A stretch of DNA of 60,106 nt, filler included, from Sphacelaria rigidula (taxonomy: Eukaryota), in assembly GCA_964200075.2 (NCBI GenBank). It is 10 parts of 10 records of this genome, joined end to end, with 100 filler letters (N's around TTAATTAATTAA, not from the genome) between each part and the next. Parts side by side here need not be neighbours in the genome. Positions count along the whole stretch, not along the records: positions 1 to 5,921 come from CAXNAA020023478.1; positions 6,022 to 11,942 come from CAXNAA020023479.1; positions 12,043 to 17,963 come from CAXNAA020023480.1; 7 more parts are not named here. The stretch is one strand, 5' to 3'. The position numbers were made by a program, and so were the translations under genes. Below, one piece after another: positions 1-12,970 of the stretch; the first letter of the stretch is position 1, and each line of letters begins with the position of its first letter. The notes below the pieces were generated by a model. It was not told where the DNA came from. It did not search any database and saw only the letters and a program-made list of their open reading frames with translations.

Positions 1-574
1 CACGAAAACCGGTGAGAAGTAGCTCCCCCGAGTTCAACGGAGAGAGAAAAGAAAGAAATGAATATCGACCGGAAAAAAAATTGCGATACAATATTTTCAA
101 GATATCGACGTCTCTACCAGTACGCCGATCTCGGTAAAATTTTCGATACACGGAAAATGTTTCTTCAGGTATCGATACTCGATACTAATACTCGATACGA
201 TACGATACGGCTGATTTGGTAGGGACGTAGCTTGCAAGACCTCACGCCAATACACTGACATACTAGCAATCTGACCCTGAGTGGGTGCACGCCTGATTGC
301 ATGAAGGTACACCAGTCAAAGTGTGTGATTTGTCATCTGATGACATCATGGAAGTGGCGGCACAAGACGCGGCGAGATGCTCCGGTTTAACAAAAATGTA
401 TCGCCCTTTTTTTCCGTTCGATATTCAACACTACTGCGAGACAGGTGTTTCATGTCACTGAAAATCCACGTATGCAACCGCAGGGTTAGGAGGATGACCG
501 AAAGTTTCATGAAGTCTATTTTCAGGTGCAGGTACTGTTATGTAATTCGGGTGGGATGCGCGTGAGGTAATGTA

Positions 575-2039
575 CATCTGATCTATTAACAAGCAGTATG
601 GGTCGCCGTAGACAGCTTTCAAAAGGATGTGGCGACCGGCGGGCCGCCCGCCGATTGCGCCTTCGTATGAAATTTTTGTCCTCACCACCTTGCCACATAA
701 CCCTTTGTGGTCGGGGTGGGCTGCAATTCCGCTCTTTGTTGCAAGTGGCAAGTTCTCTTCGAAAGGTATTGGCGTTGCGGCTCACAAACGAGCTGGGTCA
801 GCCAAGAGTAGGTGTGCATCTCGCTCAGGCGACGGACGGCGAGATATTAGGAGTTGGACGCTGAAATTTTGGCAGTAGCTTTTTATGATCGAAATGGAGG
901 AGATCACGTGAGCAGCAAAGAAAAAAAAGAGAAAAAGTTATGGGCATTTGAAATTTCAGCAAAAACAAGATAATGTCGTGAGTCCAGGAAAAAAAGGAGA
1001 ATCTGCAGCTGCTCACGTGAAGTATCAGTTCCTTGGGTGCAAAAGGTCTACCGGAAATTTCAGCTCAAGAGTAGTCGAATTGGGCCGTGCGTTCGACATT
1101 TTCCGTGACGCTGCTGCACCCTACAAATCAAGTGATGGGAGACTCCAATTTTGGAGGTCATGAGTTCATATCCCGACAGATTCTTTTTTTTTTCGTCCGT
1201 CGTAAAGGTTATACATTATGCAGTACATTTTTTCTTCTTTCTTTCATTCAGCGGCGGTGCCGTGTGTAACCGCGTTGGTCTAGACGTCACCGTGATAAAT
1301 GATTACATCAACTTCATTCGGGAAACTGAACTGGGGAAGCTGTGGTGAGGGCAAATTTTAGCCGCTTTTAAGCTGGCCCAGCTTGTACATCTATACAGTG
1401 CAGTACGCCTCTCCGACTGCAGCAGCAGCTGTCAATGCACCCTCCCTTGCACGTTCTGGGCAGTTCTCAGCTACCGAGATGAGTTGACTACAGTATATAC
1501 CGCTTCTTCGTCCCCGCCCAATACATACATGTTAACTGTGTTCTGCAAGGCATCAGCAGAGGGATAGGCAGAACTCATGACGATAGCTTCTTCTCTCCTT
1601 CCACGACCCAGCTGGGCTTAGTGCCTCGTGAATATGACCACATTGTGGCATGTGCGCTTTCCCCTCGTTTCCCCCCCCTGATGTGTTACGTGTTAGTATA
1701 ATACCTACGTTTTAGTATAGGCTGGCGACCCAAGAAAACATGCGAGAAATCATGGGAGCTATACTAAAAGCAAGTAAAACAAGAAATCGTTCCCCGAGCA
1801 TCCCGGCTTTGCATACCTGGGAAGTCGTTTTATCTGGGCCAGGGATAGGGCCCCCACACGATCTTGGTAGTGAAATCACATTCGATAACAATCCCCGCGC
1901 TTGTCGTTCGGATCTGGTCGATAAATTTCACTGCGCTATGATTCGGCAGGTCACTCCCTGATTTCTTTTCATTATTTTGCCACCACATGTTCAACCCCGT
2001 GATCAACCCTGTGTGAGTTGGGGGTCGGTCCCGAAAGGG
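575..2039 (-). mobile_element. Non-autonomous DNA transposon relic, piggyBac-like terminus; same family as 34098-34965
   Basis: Reverse complement aligns block by block with 34098-34965; terminus CCCTTTCGGGACCGACCCCC here vs TTAA|CCCTTTTGAGACCGACCCCC in contig 6; inner boundary approximate. Confidence 0.6.
789..1385. mobile_element. Tc1/mariner-type MITE nested in the element above
   Basis: Imperfect TIR CGAGCTGGGTCAGC...GCTGGCCCAGCTTG, followed by TA; segment is absent from the homologous copy near 34750, where the site reads CA-TA-CA. Confidence 0.7.
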
Positions 2040-2054
2040 TTGCGTTGAATTTTG

Positions 2055-2055
<1 letters not shown>

Positions 2056-2103
<48 letters not shown>

Positions 2104-2225
2104 GATGACATACTGTAGTCGCTCTCCACTGTTGGGCATTGTGTGAGAAACACCCCATATCGCTCCCGAGATTCGAACCCACAACCCAGCCGCCAGAACA
2201 TTTCGAAGTTACCAAGTGAGTCACC
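2056..2225 (-). mobile_element. tRNA-derived SINE with (CAA)n tail
   Basis: Minus strand: A-box-like TGACTCACTTGG, B-box GGTTCGAATC, short body, then about 16 CAA units. Confidence 0.7.
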
Positions 2226-2234
2226 GCTGTGTCA

Positions 2235-2425
2235 GGTCGTGTCTTATCCAATTGTTTTCGACTCGAAAACGGGAGGTGGAGTCGAGTTTGCTCGTACCTG
2301 ATACGTCCACGGCATTCATGTTCTAAACCATCTGAGAAAATAACCAACGTGGACGAATCTGAAACGAGCGAATTCGATTCGACCGCACGTTTTCGACACG
2401 AATTTCAATTTGGTAAGGCACGGCC
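2235..2425. mobile_element. PIF/Harbinger-like MITE (same family as 56491-56680)
   Basis: TIR GGTCGTGTCTT...AAGGCACGGCC, internally palindromic, TCA on left flank; reverse-complement homolog in contig 10. Confidence 0.65.
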
Positions 2426-2899
2426 TCTCAGTAGTATATGAGTACGAGTATTAAAAAGACAAATGTATTTTTCAAACTCAAGCAGAAGCGGCGTAACTCT
2501 TCCGATCATCAATCGATTCATCAATTATTTCGTATACCCTCTGTATGCAGTACATATCACAGTTGATTCGTTGATCGTCGCGCAAGGAGTAACCGACCAT
2601 GGAACAAAATGTGGCCACAAGCTACTGAAGACTTACCCAAAGACAAACACATATCGCAACTCTCGCAGCGCGGAAGTTCGCACACAACACAAACGTGGTT
2701 GAGATAGGCAACAATCCATAAACGTATCGTCACTAAGAAGACTGTCTCGGAGAGAGAAACCATGAACTGTGGAAGAAAGCCGCCGGAACATAATGATTCT
2801 TGATTGTAGCATATGGATGAATGATGAATGTACGTTTGTGGGCGGTGTCCTCCAAATATACACGTTCTTCTACAAACCTCCATCGCCGACTTCAGGTCC

Positions 2900-3020
2900 G
2901 CCAAGGCACACTTTGCCTTTGGCCCTCTCTACACCCCCCGTGCCCGAGGTTTGTCTTGTGCCTTGGTCGGGGTTAGAGTTAGGGTTAGGGTTGGCGGCAT
3001 CTCATTTACAGTACCAACCA
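2900..3020 (+). repeat. Dispersed repeat carrying (TTAGGG)-like units, homologous to 58510-58630
   Basis: GCCAAGGCACACT...GGGTTAGAGTTAGGGTTAGGGTTGGCGGCA...CAGTACCAA is shared with the contig 10 MITE. Confidence 0.55.
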
Positions 3021-3370
3021 TAGCTTCCGATCATTCCGTAAAAAGTAAACAGCCCTCCTTACATGAAGGTTTACATGGGGGATCTCTGGTGCTAAACAGC
3101 ATTCTTTACATGAAGGCTTTGCATGGGGGATCTCCAGTGCTGCCCGCCCTTGCAAGCCTTGCTGTTCAAAATTCAAATCCAATCACCAATCGATCGTGCG
3201 GGGACGCAAAGCCCCGGTTTCTCATTGCACAAGCGGTCACAACATGTGACTGCTGACTGGACGTGTAAGAGACGTATACTGACGGTTGCAGTATACAAGG
3301 AAAATACCTCCTGCTCATCCCCTGTTCGATAACATCTGTACAGTACAGTAGTTGAGTAGACACAAACAAC

Positions 3371-3402
<32 letters not shown>
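3371..3402. repeat. (TAG)n microsatellite
   Basis: Direct reading. Confidence 0.95.
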
Positions 3403-4905
3403 GTGAACGACTGCTGCGAAAGTTCACACTCAATATTCTCAAATAAAACTGCATCAAATTACCCGCGAACACAAACATGGGCAACCCACCCCGTAGGTCA
3501 GTCGGTGACAAACCATGCGCTTAGGTGTACCTCATGAAGTGACCCAACCAAGATGAATAAAAGAGTCCCTTCATCCACTGCTGCCATGCTACTGTACACT
3601 GCAGCCAATGCCTGCACAGCGAGTGCATCAAGTGTATTTTCAGCATAGATTGTAGACTACTGTCGTACAACAGTATTCAATATCCGGTCTTCATCGCACC
3701 TGAAAAAGAAAGGTGTGATGTTGTGAGTTTGTTCCTGTTTATATACTGGACAGCCGTACTGGACTTGGGCTGAAGTGGGGATATATATCCCTCCATCTTC
3801 GCGGACTCAAACAACGTACCTCGTGTCTGTCATACTGTATTCTCTCAGCAATGGCAATTCAAGAGCTTCCCGTACGTCAGCTGGAGCGCTTCGGGTTCCG
3901 TTAATAAAGCTTTAAGACCACCAGACGTCCCCAGGTAGTGAGCGTATATGGTGGGGGGTCGGTAGGGTACGTGCCCATATCAGGTAATTGGCACTAGTCA
4001 TCTCATAGCCATATTTCTGTTGCATGTAAGTACCAATAATTGCGGCTGTGCTGTCGGTGCTGTACAGAAGGGGCAAGGACTGAAGATACGTCCTGAAACA
4101 GGGAGAGAAAGGAACTCACGGGTCGGGCGAGTAATTCGGTAAGGGCAAGGTGTAAACGATAGTATCGATCCTGTACTACTGGATAGGTGGAGGTGTTTCG
4201 CGTGGATTTTTGGCGCGCAGTGTTTTGGCTAGCAAAACTCGCCGTTGGTGTATTATGGCAGCATCTTGCGAGGTGTTCCATTCTCTCTCCTCGGGGACAT
4301 TGAATGCACTAGACTGAATCAGCGCTCTAGTATCCATACACCCCCACGCGTAGAGTAGGTAGGTCACGTGACACATCTAGTATGATTCCACTTATATCGG
4401 AAATATCCGGCCGCATGATGATGCACTGCACTGTCGGCTCTCTCGATGATATGGTCTCTGGTGCACGAAAAATTGCGCGAAAGAAACGGGCAATACTCTA
4501 CATTCTACACCAGTGCAGATAGTTACAGCCGAAGGTACTGATTGTATCACACCGTTTCTACATCTAGAACGTTATCCGTATGACTCTCGGTACTTGGGCT
4601 TGTTACGCACGATGCTGCTGAAAGCAGATGTAAGGGGTGACATGGCGGTGCACAACTCAAACCTCATGGTACAATTGAGGAGGGAAATTGCCTACCTTCG
4701 AGGTAGGAGTGTTCCCACCAATCCTCACAGCGGACCGCGATCACCCGTCTGATCTCTCACACGATCCAACCCAGCTCAGCCCAACCCAGCCCAGCCCAGC
4801 CCAGTCCGGCACAGTGACCGAACATGTAACCATCACGGCAGAAAATATCATCACCGATCGTACCCCCCTTGAAGCAGGTCTATCGGACAAATTTAGCTGC
4901 TTCTC

Positions 4906-5163
4906 ATGTCGGCCGGAGTCACATGCGGCATAGTGGTGGTGGAAGAGCGAAATGCCAAAGGATCATCAGTGCGAAAATCCCGGCGGACGAACACCCTAGT
5001 GCACGCGGCCGGGAGCTCCGCAGGAGGCGGAGCGACGACTCTAGTCCTTGTGGGACAGGCAGGCACGGAGACCTATCCGTTCCGCAAGAGCACATGCCAA
5101 GTGTTTAGCTCGTTCATGGATGAGGGAAAGCTTACCGTTTGCACGGAGGGAATGAGGCAGCAG
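4906..5163 (+). CDS. First exon of a protein with a PIF1/LRR1-type N-terminal PH-like domain (probably PIF1 helicase); rest of gene is off-contig
   Basis: ATG start, 86 codons, CAG|GT donor; pattern C.IVVVEE...G...RK...TYPF...QVFSSFMDEGKLTV resembles the PIF1 N-terminus (C.V.VEE...G...R...FPL...RLFTRF...GRSTL). Confidence 0.55.
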
Positions 5164-5499
5164 GTGCGGATAGGTTGACCCTATAACAGACAGTGACCAC
5201 ACTACTTCATGTCCATCAAGTTGAGCAAAACAGAGCACAACTATTAATTGTACTGTATGATAGCCAGAACGGTAAGGTACAGTAGTACAATACAGTACAG
5301 TACAACTTGAGGGTCCCCTTCGAAATGAGAGTCCCCTTCCGCTACTCGTAGAGTCGCTGAATCTCCATGACGACTGATTTTTCTTCTGTTCTGGTGATTG
5401 CATGTCACCTTGAAACAATATTGTTGTACAGTATAATATCAAAGTGGTTGGGGTAGGGTACGTACGTACGTGTACCCTGGGGTATCCCAGATTTTTATG

Positions 5500-5750
5500 G
5501 CAAGCACGAATCTTGATTTTTTCAAAATCGGGGGGACAAAAAATCGGGGGGTCACGATGTCGGAACGGTTTTCCTCGATNNNNNNNNNNGGGGGGACAAA
5601 AATTCGGGGAACGCATTTTTTGGACACGGATTTGGACCAAGTCGGGGCCGAAAAAATCGGGGGGTCACGATGTCGGAACGGTTTTCCTCGATTTTTCGAA
5701 GAAATCGGGGGAAAACCGTTCCGAGGTCGTGACTCCCCCGATTTTTTTGA
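5500..5750. repeat. Direct and inverted ~50-bp subrepeats (AAAATCGGGGGGTCACGATGTCGGAACGGTTTTCC), probably transposon subterminal repeats
   Basis: Two direct copies and one inverted copy around a 10-N gap. Confidence 0.6.
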
Positions 5751-5921
5751 GGTGACGTACGTGCATTGACGTACATTCCCAGAGTACGAGGCGTTTGAAT
5801 TTTTTCAACAGCAGCAGAAGACAGTCTCTTGACAGTACAGGGCGTGCGTACTGCCGCCCCACCTGCTGAAGCAACTTCGCACGGGGTTTGTCAAGCGAAT
5901 AATAAGTGCTGACGCCATACC

Positions 5922-6021
5922 NNNNNNNNNNNNNNNNNNNNNNNNNNNNNNNNNNNNNNNNNNNNTTAATTAATTAANNNNNNNNNNNNNNNNNNNNNNN
6001 NNNNNNNNNNNNNNNNNNNNN
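5922..6021. other. Artificial contig linker (44N-TTAATTAATTAA-44N)
   Basis: 100-bp spacer with a six-frame stop cassette; identical copies recur every 6020-6021 bp. Confidence 0.98.
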
Positions 6022-6890
6022 TTATTATTATTATTATTATTATTATTATGTTCGTCACATTAGCTCGATCTCTCGAAGCCGTGGTCACAGAGTGCAAGGA
6101 GCATACCACCCATACCCATAAATCAAACAGCCCGCAGAGGAAGGGAAGAAATAAGAAACCTACACGGAAAAGGGCACCTACACTACGATAGATCCGTAGA
6201 CGACCGATTGAACTACGGGAGACTTACTGGAATCTAAAAAGTCCCCGCGTGCGATCTCAACGAGCACCTTGCCACGTACCGGTGTATACACCGAATGGTA
6301 ACAGCGAGTAAGCCGATAACCGAAACGGTCGCGTAGAACAGAAACCAATCCCAAAATATATCTACTGTCTGGAGTGCTGTCCAAAGAGATCCTCTACACA
6401 GTCTGCGCACAGGAGACCGAACAACGTCAGATAGGAAGATGAAAAAAATACAGGAACAAAGAAAACAGGAAGAGCCGATGGTAACGAGGAGGGAAAGCTA
6501 GGAACTACGATCTCCCTTGGATTATGATCAAGCGGCATCGGTATGGAAACACAACAGACAGGGCGTGTCTGGCCTACACACGTCATAACGTCATCAGCAA
6601 AAAATAGAACCTGTTGTGTGCCCTGTATTCAACCATGAAAACATGGGATACCATCTGCACGTAGTATCCACAACAAACAACTGTCAAAAACCCAACGGAA
6701 AAATAATATCCCGCCCTCAACGAACTTAGCCGCCAGCTCTGCTCTTCTCCGCTGCGAGGTCCTCTTCGAAGTTGACCTCCTGACGCTCCCATCTGTCCTC
6801 ACCAGCGTCCATGGCCAACCCAACCGCCCATCCTTTCCGGTGTCCATGATCCCAAACAGTGCCCTCTCTGCTTCCTTTCGTCATGAAACA
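6022..6890 (-). mobile_element. 3' end of an RTE-type LINE with (TAA)n tail
   Basis: (TTA)n followed by CACATTAGCTCGATCTCTCGAA, matching the tail of the RTE at 36841; degenerate ORF end ERALFGIMDTGKDGRLGWP resembles the RTE C-terminus. Confidence 0.6.
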
Positions 6891-9800
6891 CTTCCTCCTC
6901 CGTTATATGCACTCGGGTGCTGGTCTGTAGTAGGTGTGTCGTCCAGGAGGCTCAACCAGACCTAATCCGTCCGTCGACGACCGCTCCTCCTCCATCCTTG
7001 TTGCCGAATCAGCTTACACACCGGCACACGCTCCTTTATATCAAGGGTGTGCGTGCCAGTTTTCGACAGCGGTGTCATCTGCCTCCGCGCACACACCGTA
7101 TCCCAACATGCCCGCACTCAGGGTGTTGACACATTATACTGCGTGTAAAGCAGGATATTCCCACACTCAGGGTGTGACATTATACCGCTGCACTACAACA
7201 GGGGTGGGTGTGCCTGATGAGCACCGCGCTGACCCAACTCTACTACCACACGACAGCCTTGGCCAAGGGTGGTAGTGAGAAGGAATCACTCCTTGAAGGT
7301 GATTCTGACCCTACGCCCGCCGAAAATACCCTCCCCACGTCGTACCGACAAGGCCGGTCATGGCCTTTGTTGGAGAGCGGGGAACGGAGGGCACGATTAT
7401 TTTATCAACGAGAAAATCCGGGCCCGAACGTTTGAGCAGATGGGCACCTTCCCCTCGGTTAGGATTCATACAATATGCGGATCATGGCCCAACTCGCCCG
7501 TGTCGACAATATATTGCTTTGAGAGCTTAAATCCGTGTCCAGGCTGGCTCAGCTCGTAGCTACATCGGGTGGAGAACCGGTGGAATCGCTGGCCGTCCGT
7601 GGAGTTTGCATCTGTCACAGCTTGAAGATACAAACTCAAGCTGCACAATCTGAAAATGTACTATGATAGGATTGTTTTCCAAGATATGTACGGGTCACCA
7701 CTTTCTATTTTACCGTGCACGCGGCATTGTCCACTGTAACACTGTACGCTGTTGTACAGCTGAAGTCTGCTGCTTGAGGAGGAGACACTGGGGTTAAGAT
7801 AGCAGTGGTTATGGTGACTAGACTTGCGCTTGTGTTAAACGAGCATAGGTTTATTTGAAGGATCCCCCTTGATGAAAGCTGCCGTTGGCTACTGTTAGTT
7901 TGGACTTCGATTGCCAAGTCACGAGTCGGACTCGGGTTCATATGTGTTTTCGAGATTTCCTGTGGGATGATGCTGATGAAAATTTAAGATACTGTCGTGA
8001 TCCGTTTTTTCTCTTGGTCAAATATAATGGTTTGATGGATTTTCGGCAGGGCGATACTGATGAAACGCTGAAAAACACTGTCGTCATTCATTATTTTCAA
8101 TCCTCATCGTTCACTGTACTCACGAAAACCTAATTCCATTCATGGTTGATTTTTCTGCTGGGATTAACTGAGTCGCTATGCTGCGATGAGGAGGTTCGTA
8201 CTGTGAGCATTCCACTGCACTGCGCGACGAAGTTTGCAGTCGGCACGAAAGAAACACTGGTTGTGGTTTACATACACACCTGGCGGTACTATGCCCCTGT
8301 GGCTGTTAGCCCCTTACAAGAGTAATACGGACGGCTTGAATCTATCGCCCTTGACAAGATTAGACAAGGTCGGGGCCGAAACAGTGACTAGCGCCACCAA
8401 CTGTTTCAATCGTGCACTTTCATTTTTTATTTTTCATCCTTTTTCGGTTCGATTGGACTAGTGTACCAGTGTTCCAGATTGAATATGGAGGAGGTGGCAG
8501 GCGTACCCACCATTCCTCTGTGTCCGTTTTTTGCTAATTCCTTTCCACTTTATCCTTCCCTGACGTGGTGTATTTGTATGTGTTCTTGTTTATTGAATTA
8601 TGTTCGTACATATGGCTGTCCCTCGAAGTGTCTGCGTACGGCGGGGGTGTGCCTGGTTGAGGAAAACCTAACGTGGAATGGTCTGATATGATGGGGCTGT
8701 ATATCTTGTTTTTGTCTTGGAATGGAGTATACAAGTAACATGGGTGTCTTGATGTTGAAACCGCCCACATGGGTGTGGGTACGTGTGTAAAAAGGGCATG
8801 ACCTGCGCATAGCCGGTGGGTAGTGTACCTCGCCCCGGCAGGGGTACAAGGATGAAGCCATGCGATTTTTACTGTCTTGATCTGTGGTTGTGGGTTTTTG
8901 GTTGTCTTCGCTTGACCCCGCTTTTCTTCGCGTGTTGCGTGGGAACAATAGACCCCGTCTCCTTCCGTCCGAATGGTCGCCTGCGGCATCTATTACTTTG
9001 GGGATTTGTTCTTCATCATTTCATTGTATCGCGCCTGTGTTCTTTCGGGCCTTATTTTATCTTTTCCCTTGATTTCATCATACTGTACCTCATTTTGGGT
9101 GGCTTGAGATCGAAACGGTTTTGAATATGAACATCACAGCAGAGGGAACAAGAATCAACCTGTCATCTCCAACCGTGCCCCCTCCTCTCCGGTTTCTGTC
9201 GAACGTCCATACCCGAATAACAACAGTTGGACTGCAATATGGGGCGCAAAACAGAGATACAGCTGGTGAGCATCGTTTGCATGGTGGGCGCACTCATGGA
9301 GGGCTTAACTGGTACCGCAGCCTGGTCGACGGCTTGGCCTGTTGTCGCTTACGGGGCGGGAAGGTTTGTTTCACATTGTCGAAATATAAGGGAAACGCAT
9401 CTCGGTCCCTGGCAAAGGGTTGTCACATGTCTCGGTTCCGCACCCGCCTTCGCCCTTCAAGTATGTTGGGTTTTTGTGAGCCGTTTTGCAGATGTGAATA
9501 TTTGTCCGTTGGCATGCATACCGTACAGTTTCATTCAACGTTGTTCGAATTTCGTGTTTCGCCTAACTTCTTGTGCATCGATCGATATTATGTACTCTTC
9601 TCGATGAAGCGAACAGAGCGGGCATGTATTGGAGCCGTCCCTCCCTTCCAGCATAAGGGGTAGGTACAGTACTACAGTAGTGAACTCAGCCAGGATTCGT
9701 ATCAGTCTCGTGGAGGTGGAGGCTGGTGAAATTACAGTAGAGCTTGTCCGAGCTGACATTCACGTGTGTACGCATAATCCCCGAGCGTGTGTAGTGGAAT

Positions 9801-11942
9801 ATTTCCCGTTGCTTTCATTTCAAATAACTACTGCTCTACAGCCTTTTTTTGTTTCACTTCCCCCCCGCCCGTCCATCCGTCTGATGTTGGGCCGAGTCGC
9901 AAACATTCCGCATTGGGCCAGGATCAGGTGAAGATATATATTTAGGCATGTGCATCAGCTACAGGATGAGGTAGTGCACGTTTCCACTCCTCGTTAGCTA
10001 CGCTGGTGGTTTCATACCTACTTCGAATTTTATGCGGGTGTGCGGTGATCTCCGGGCAATTATCACCGTACCACAGCGAACTTCTTCCTATCAGTCCCTC
10101 GTCACTTTACTTCGATTCCAGCGTACCGCGTTCATCCCCTGCTGGCCCTTCCCAGCTGTGGGCGTCCTGCGCTCCGATCCTAGTTTTAGCTTCATCACTC
10201 GAGTCGACTTGGGTTTTGAATACGTCTGGAAAGCGTAATTACGTGGATTTACAGGAACTTGGAGTGGGGTGCCAATTGCAAGCGATGTACAACGCCCGTT
10301 GTCTCGGCGAGATATGTTGACGAAAATATATATATCACCGTGCGGCATTTGTCAAATTAAACAGAAACAGAAATTGCTGAGTTGGATGAGGCGAGCCTCG
10401 AGCATATGGCGGCACTTGAGGGCGGCTGAAACTTTTTTTGCACTCCTTCTAGTTTTCCATACGCTCGCCATGTGCTCTTGCTTCACGTCATTATTACTAT
10501 TATCACCTATTGACGGGAAAATATGAGGCTCGAGTGGCTCTTCTCTCGATATTTCCGTCTGTAGTGCAAGTGCTTGAATGCACCACTCCCGGCAATCGGC
10601 TGCGGTGCCATGGCCTGCACGTGCTTCCCTCTCGACATATTTTTGCGAGGACCGGATGCGGCATTATTGTGCGTGATTCAACCACTTCTCACGAGGCCGA
10701 AAGTACAAAGCGAACAAAATTGCATATTTTTTACATGTAGTCTACTTCTTTCGCTTGAAACGACAACCACGCCGATAGTGCCGTCTCGGTATGACGGGTC
10801 CCGCTATCTGAAAGTGTTTCGACACTTTTGATCAATTTTGGTGTGCGCAGCTTGACACCAGGTCGGGAAGTGATGTGTTAACCCGTACAAACCTTGACCC
10901 TAACCGATACATGGGAAATGCGGTTGCCGCGCATATTCCGCGCCTTGGGGATGTTCGCGTATAAGCCGTGGCCAGCGCTATCGCTGTCTCTGAACAGCGA
11001 TTTTTGAAGCAGTACGAAACAGTAGTGGTGATTGCGCCAGCTTAAGTAGATGCATGTGGTCAACGCGCACAGCTGTTGCTGAACAACGGAACGGCGTGGG
11101 GTATTCTGATGGAGGTGAACGTGCTGTGGACGGCGCGTACGGGCGTGGCCATTGCTGTTTTCATTTTGGGTGTGAGGTTGGCTGGGATTTCCACACCCCT
11201 ACCCCAACAATAACTGCTGTACACAAAAAGCAATGTGTAGCCCATGACTGTCTGGAAGTGGCGATAACAGACGTCGAAGCAACTCATCTCAGGCTGTTAT
11301 CCATGTTCAAGATGACTATTACGTTTCAGCCGAACAATCTAAGCAGCGTGCGTGTCACCCTTGATGCGACTCGCCGAACGCGTCATGGCACTTCGCGCTC
11401 GGTGACTGCTAACCTTGTCCAGCGAGAATTCAGCGTACTCCGTTCTGACTTTGTAGGGATGCGAGGTGCATGGTCTCGTGACTACGGCATGCACGATCAT
11501 GAGTACATCCCGGATAGCACACAAGCAATGCGGATGGGACCGGAATGCCAGCGATGAGCTTGTCCCCCTCACCAACCCATGTTGCCCACGCGGGAGCTCG
11601 TGATTCCAAGAGTTGAGGATGAAGACCTCGGATGGTTTATTGGTTTTGAAGTTTTCGGGGAGGAAAAGCCTCATAACCCCACTCGCTCAATCATGGCAGG
11701 CCGCTGTAATTCTAATGGCCAAAACGCAAAACTCGAAATTCGGGTAGCGCCCACCCGTTCTGCTGGTGTCCATCCACGCCTGAATGATTATCATGTATCA
11801 CACCCCAAAAACTGAAGATGGTCGGGGGGGGTAGAGGAGTTGGACGCGTGTTACAGCATGACGACCATGAACAGATACTTCCTCTGTCCCATAAGTGAAG
11901 TCCCTTATGTTTATACGAGCCCTTAACGGTGTCCGATTTGAT

Positions 11943-12042
11943 NNNNNNNNNNNNNNNNNNNNNNNNNNNNNNNNNNNNNNNNNNNNTTAATTAATTAANN
12001 NNNNNNNNNNNNNNNNNNNNNNNNNNNNNNNNNNNNNNNNNN
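11943..12042. other. Artificial contig linker
   Basis: Same 44N-TTAATTAATTAA-44N cassette. Confidence 0.98.
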
Positions 12043-12110
12043 TCACTTAAAGCGAATGATCAAAGCCACTCTCAATCGTATCATCTACTCTCAATCTCAC
12101 GAAAACACTG
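12043..12110. mobile_element. Right end of hAT-like MITE (TIR CAGTGTTTTCGTGAGATTGAGAGTAG)
   Basis: Terminal 36 bp are the exact reverse complement of 54051-54086; a full copy lies at 40977-41267. Confidence 0.7.
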
Positions 12111-12880
12111 TTACGCTCAAAAACTGTCAGCAACAGCACGTTTTCGGTTGCTATTTGACACGCACGCGGCCGTCTCTCATCCAATACTGGACGGGTTTTC
12201 GTCAAACAAAAGACTGTCGTGTGCAGATGATGAATAGCTAGCGCTTGAGCTAATGCGCGTGAGTGGTCGGCGTTCATGCGTCGGTTTTCGTGGCTCGGTG
12301 TGTCGGCGCTATGTTACCTCGTTGCGTCTTGTCCGCGGCATTACAGAGACTTTGGACGAACGGACACTTCCAGAACCGCCGCATTTTTTACCTGTGTGCA
12401 GATATGGGCTTCGATCTGGACCAAACTGCATGTCGAGAAGACGCAGCACTGGTCGTTGTGGGGGCAATTACTGCTCCAAAAGTGATTTTTGGAAAGTGAT
12501 AAATCACTTCTGATAAGAACCCGCCTAAAGTGCTGCTGGAGAAACACGGAACACAAGCAAAGACCGGCGCCCTCCCCCCCCGCGCACGGTTCAAGTACAA
12601 AATAATGAACGCAAAGAAAAAGTGACTGCCCCAATGGGATATACATGTATACCGTCGAAAGACAGACGAGGAACCGAGCACGCTCGGCGCCCTGCGCGGG
12701 AGTTGGAGAGAGAGAGAGCAGGCCCATTAACACTGCATGTACCACCGCGCTCTTACCGTCACGCCCCGCTGGCGCGAGTGAAAAAAAAATATTAGCAAAA
12801 GCTTTGAGGGTGGAAGATGGCGGGTACGAACGCTGGCTAATGTGTGCGCAGGGCTCATTATTGCTGTCGACTACAGTAAG

Positions 12881-12970
12881 CAATGTTTTCGTGAGATTGA
12901 GAGTAGAGGATACAAATGAGAGTGAAAAAGCGGTCAATTAGTGAGTGAATTATTTCAGTTCCGAAATGCC
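12881..12970. mobile_element. Left end of the same hAT-like MITE family (truncated)
   Basis: CAATGTTTTCGTGAGATTGAGAGTAGAGGATAC...AAAAAGCGGTCAAT matches 40977-41060. Confidence 0.65.

Noticed and set aside
6900..11942. Protein-coding gene in contig 2 (ORFs 9121-9663 and 11054-11557; possible minus-strand terminal exon near 10105-10225)
   Set aside because: No recognisable motifs or consistent exon chain; 11420-11510 is a dispersed repeat also seen at 53295-53385
12115..12500. Conserved coding exon shared with 48550-48790 (likewise 47050-47310 with 51160-51430, and 7340-7390 with 30108-30156)
   Set aside because: Similarity is at nucleotide level, with indels and no recognisable conserved protein; these are unclassified dispersed repeats
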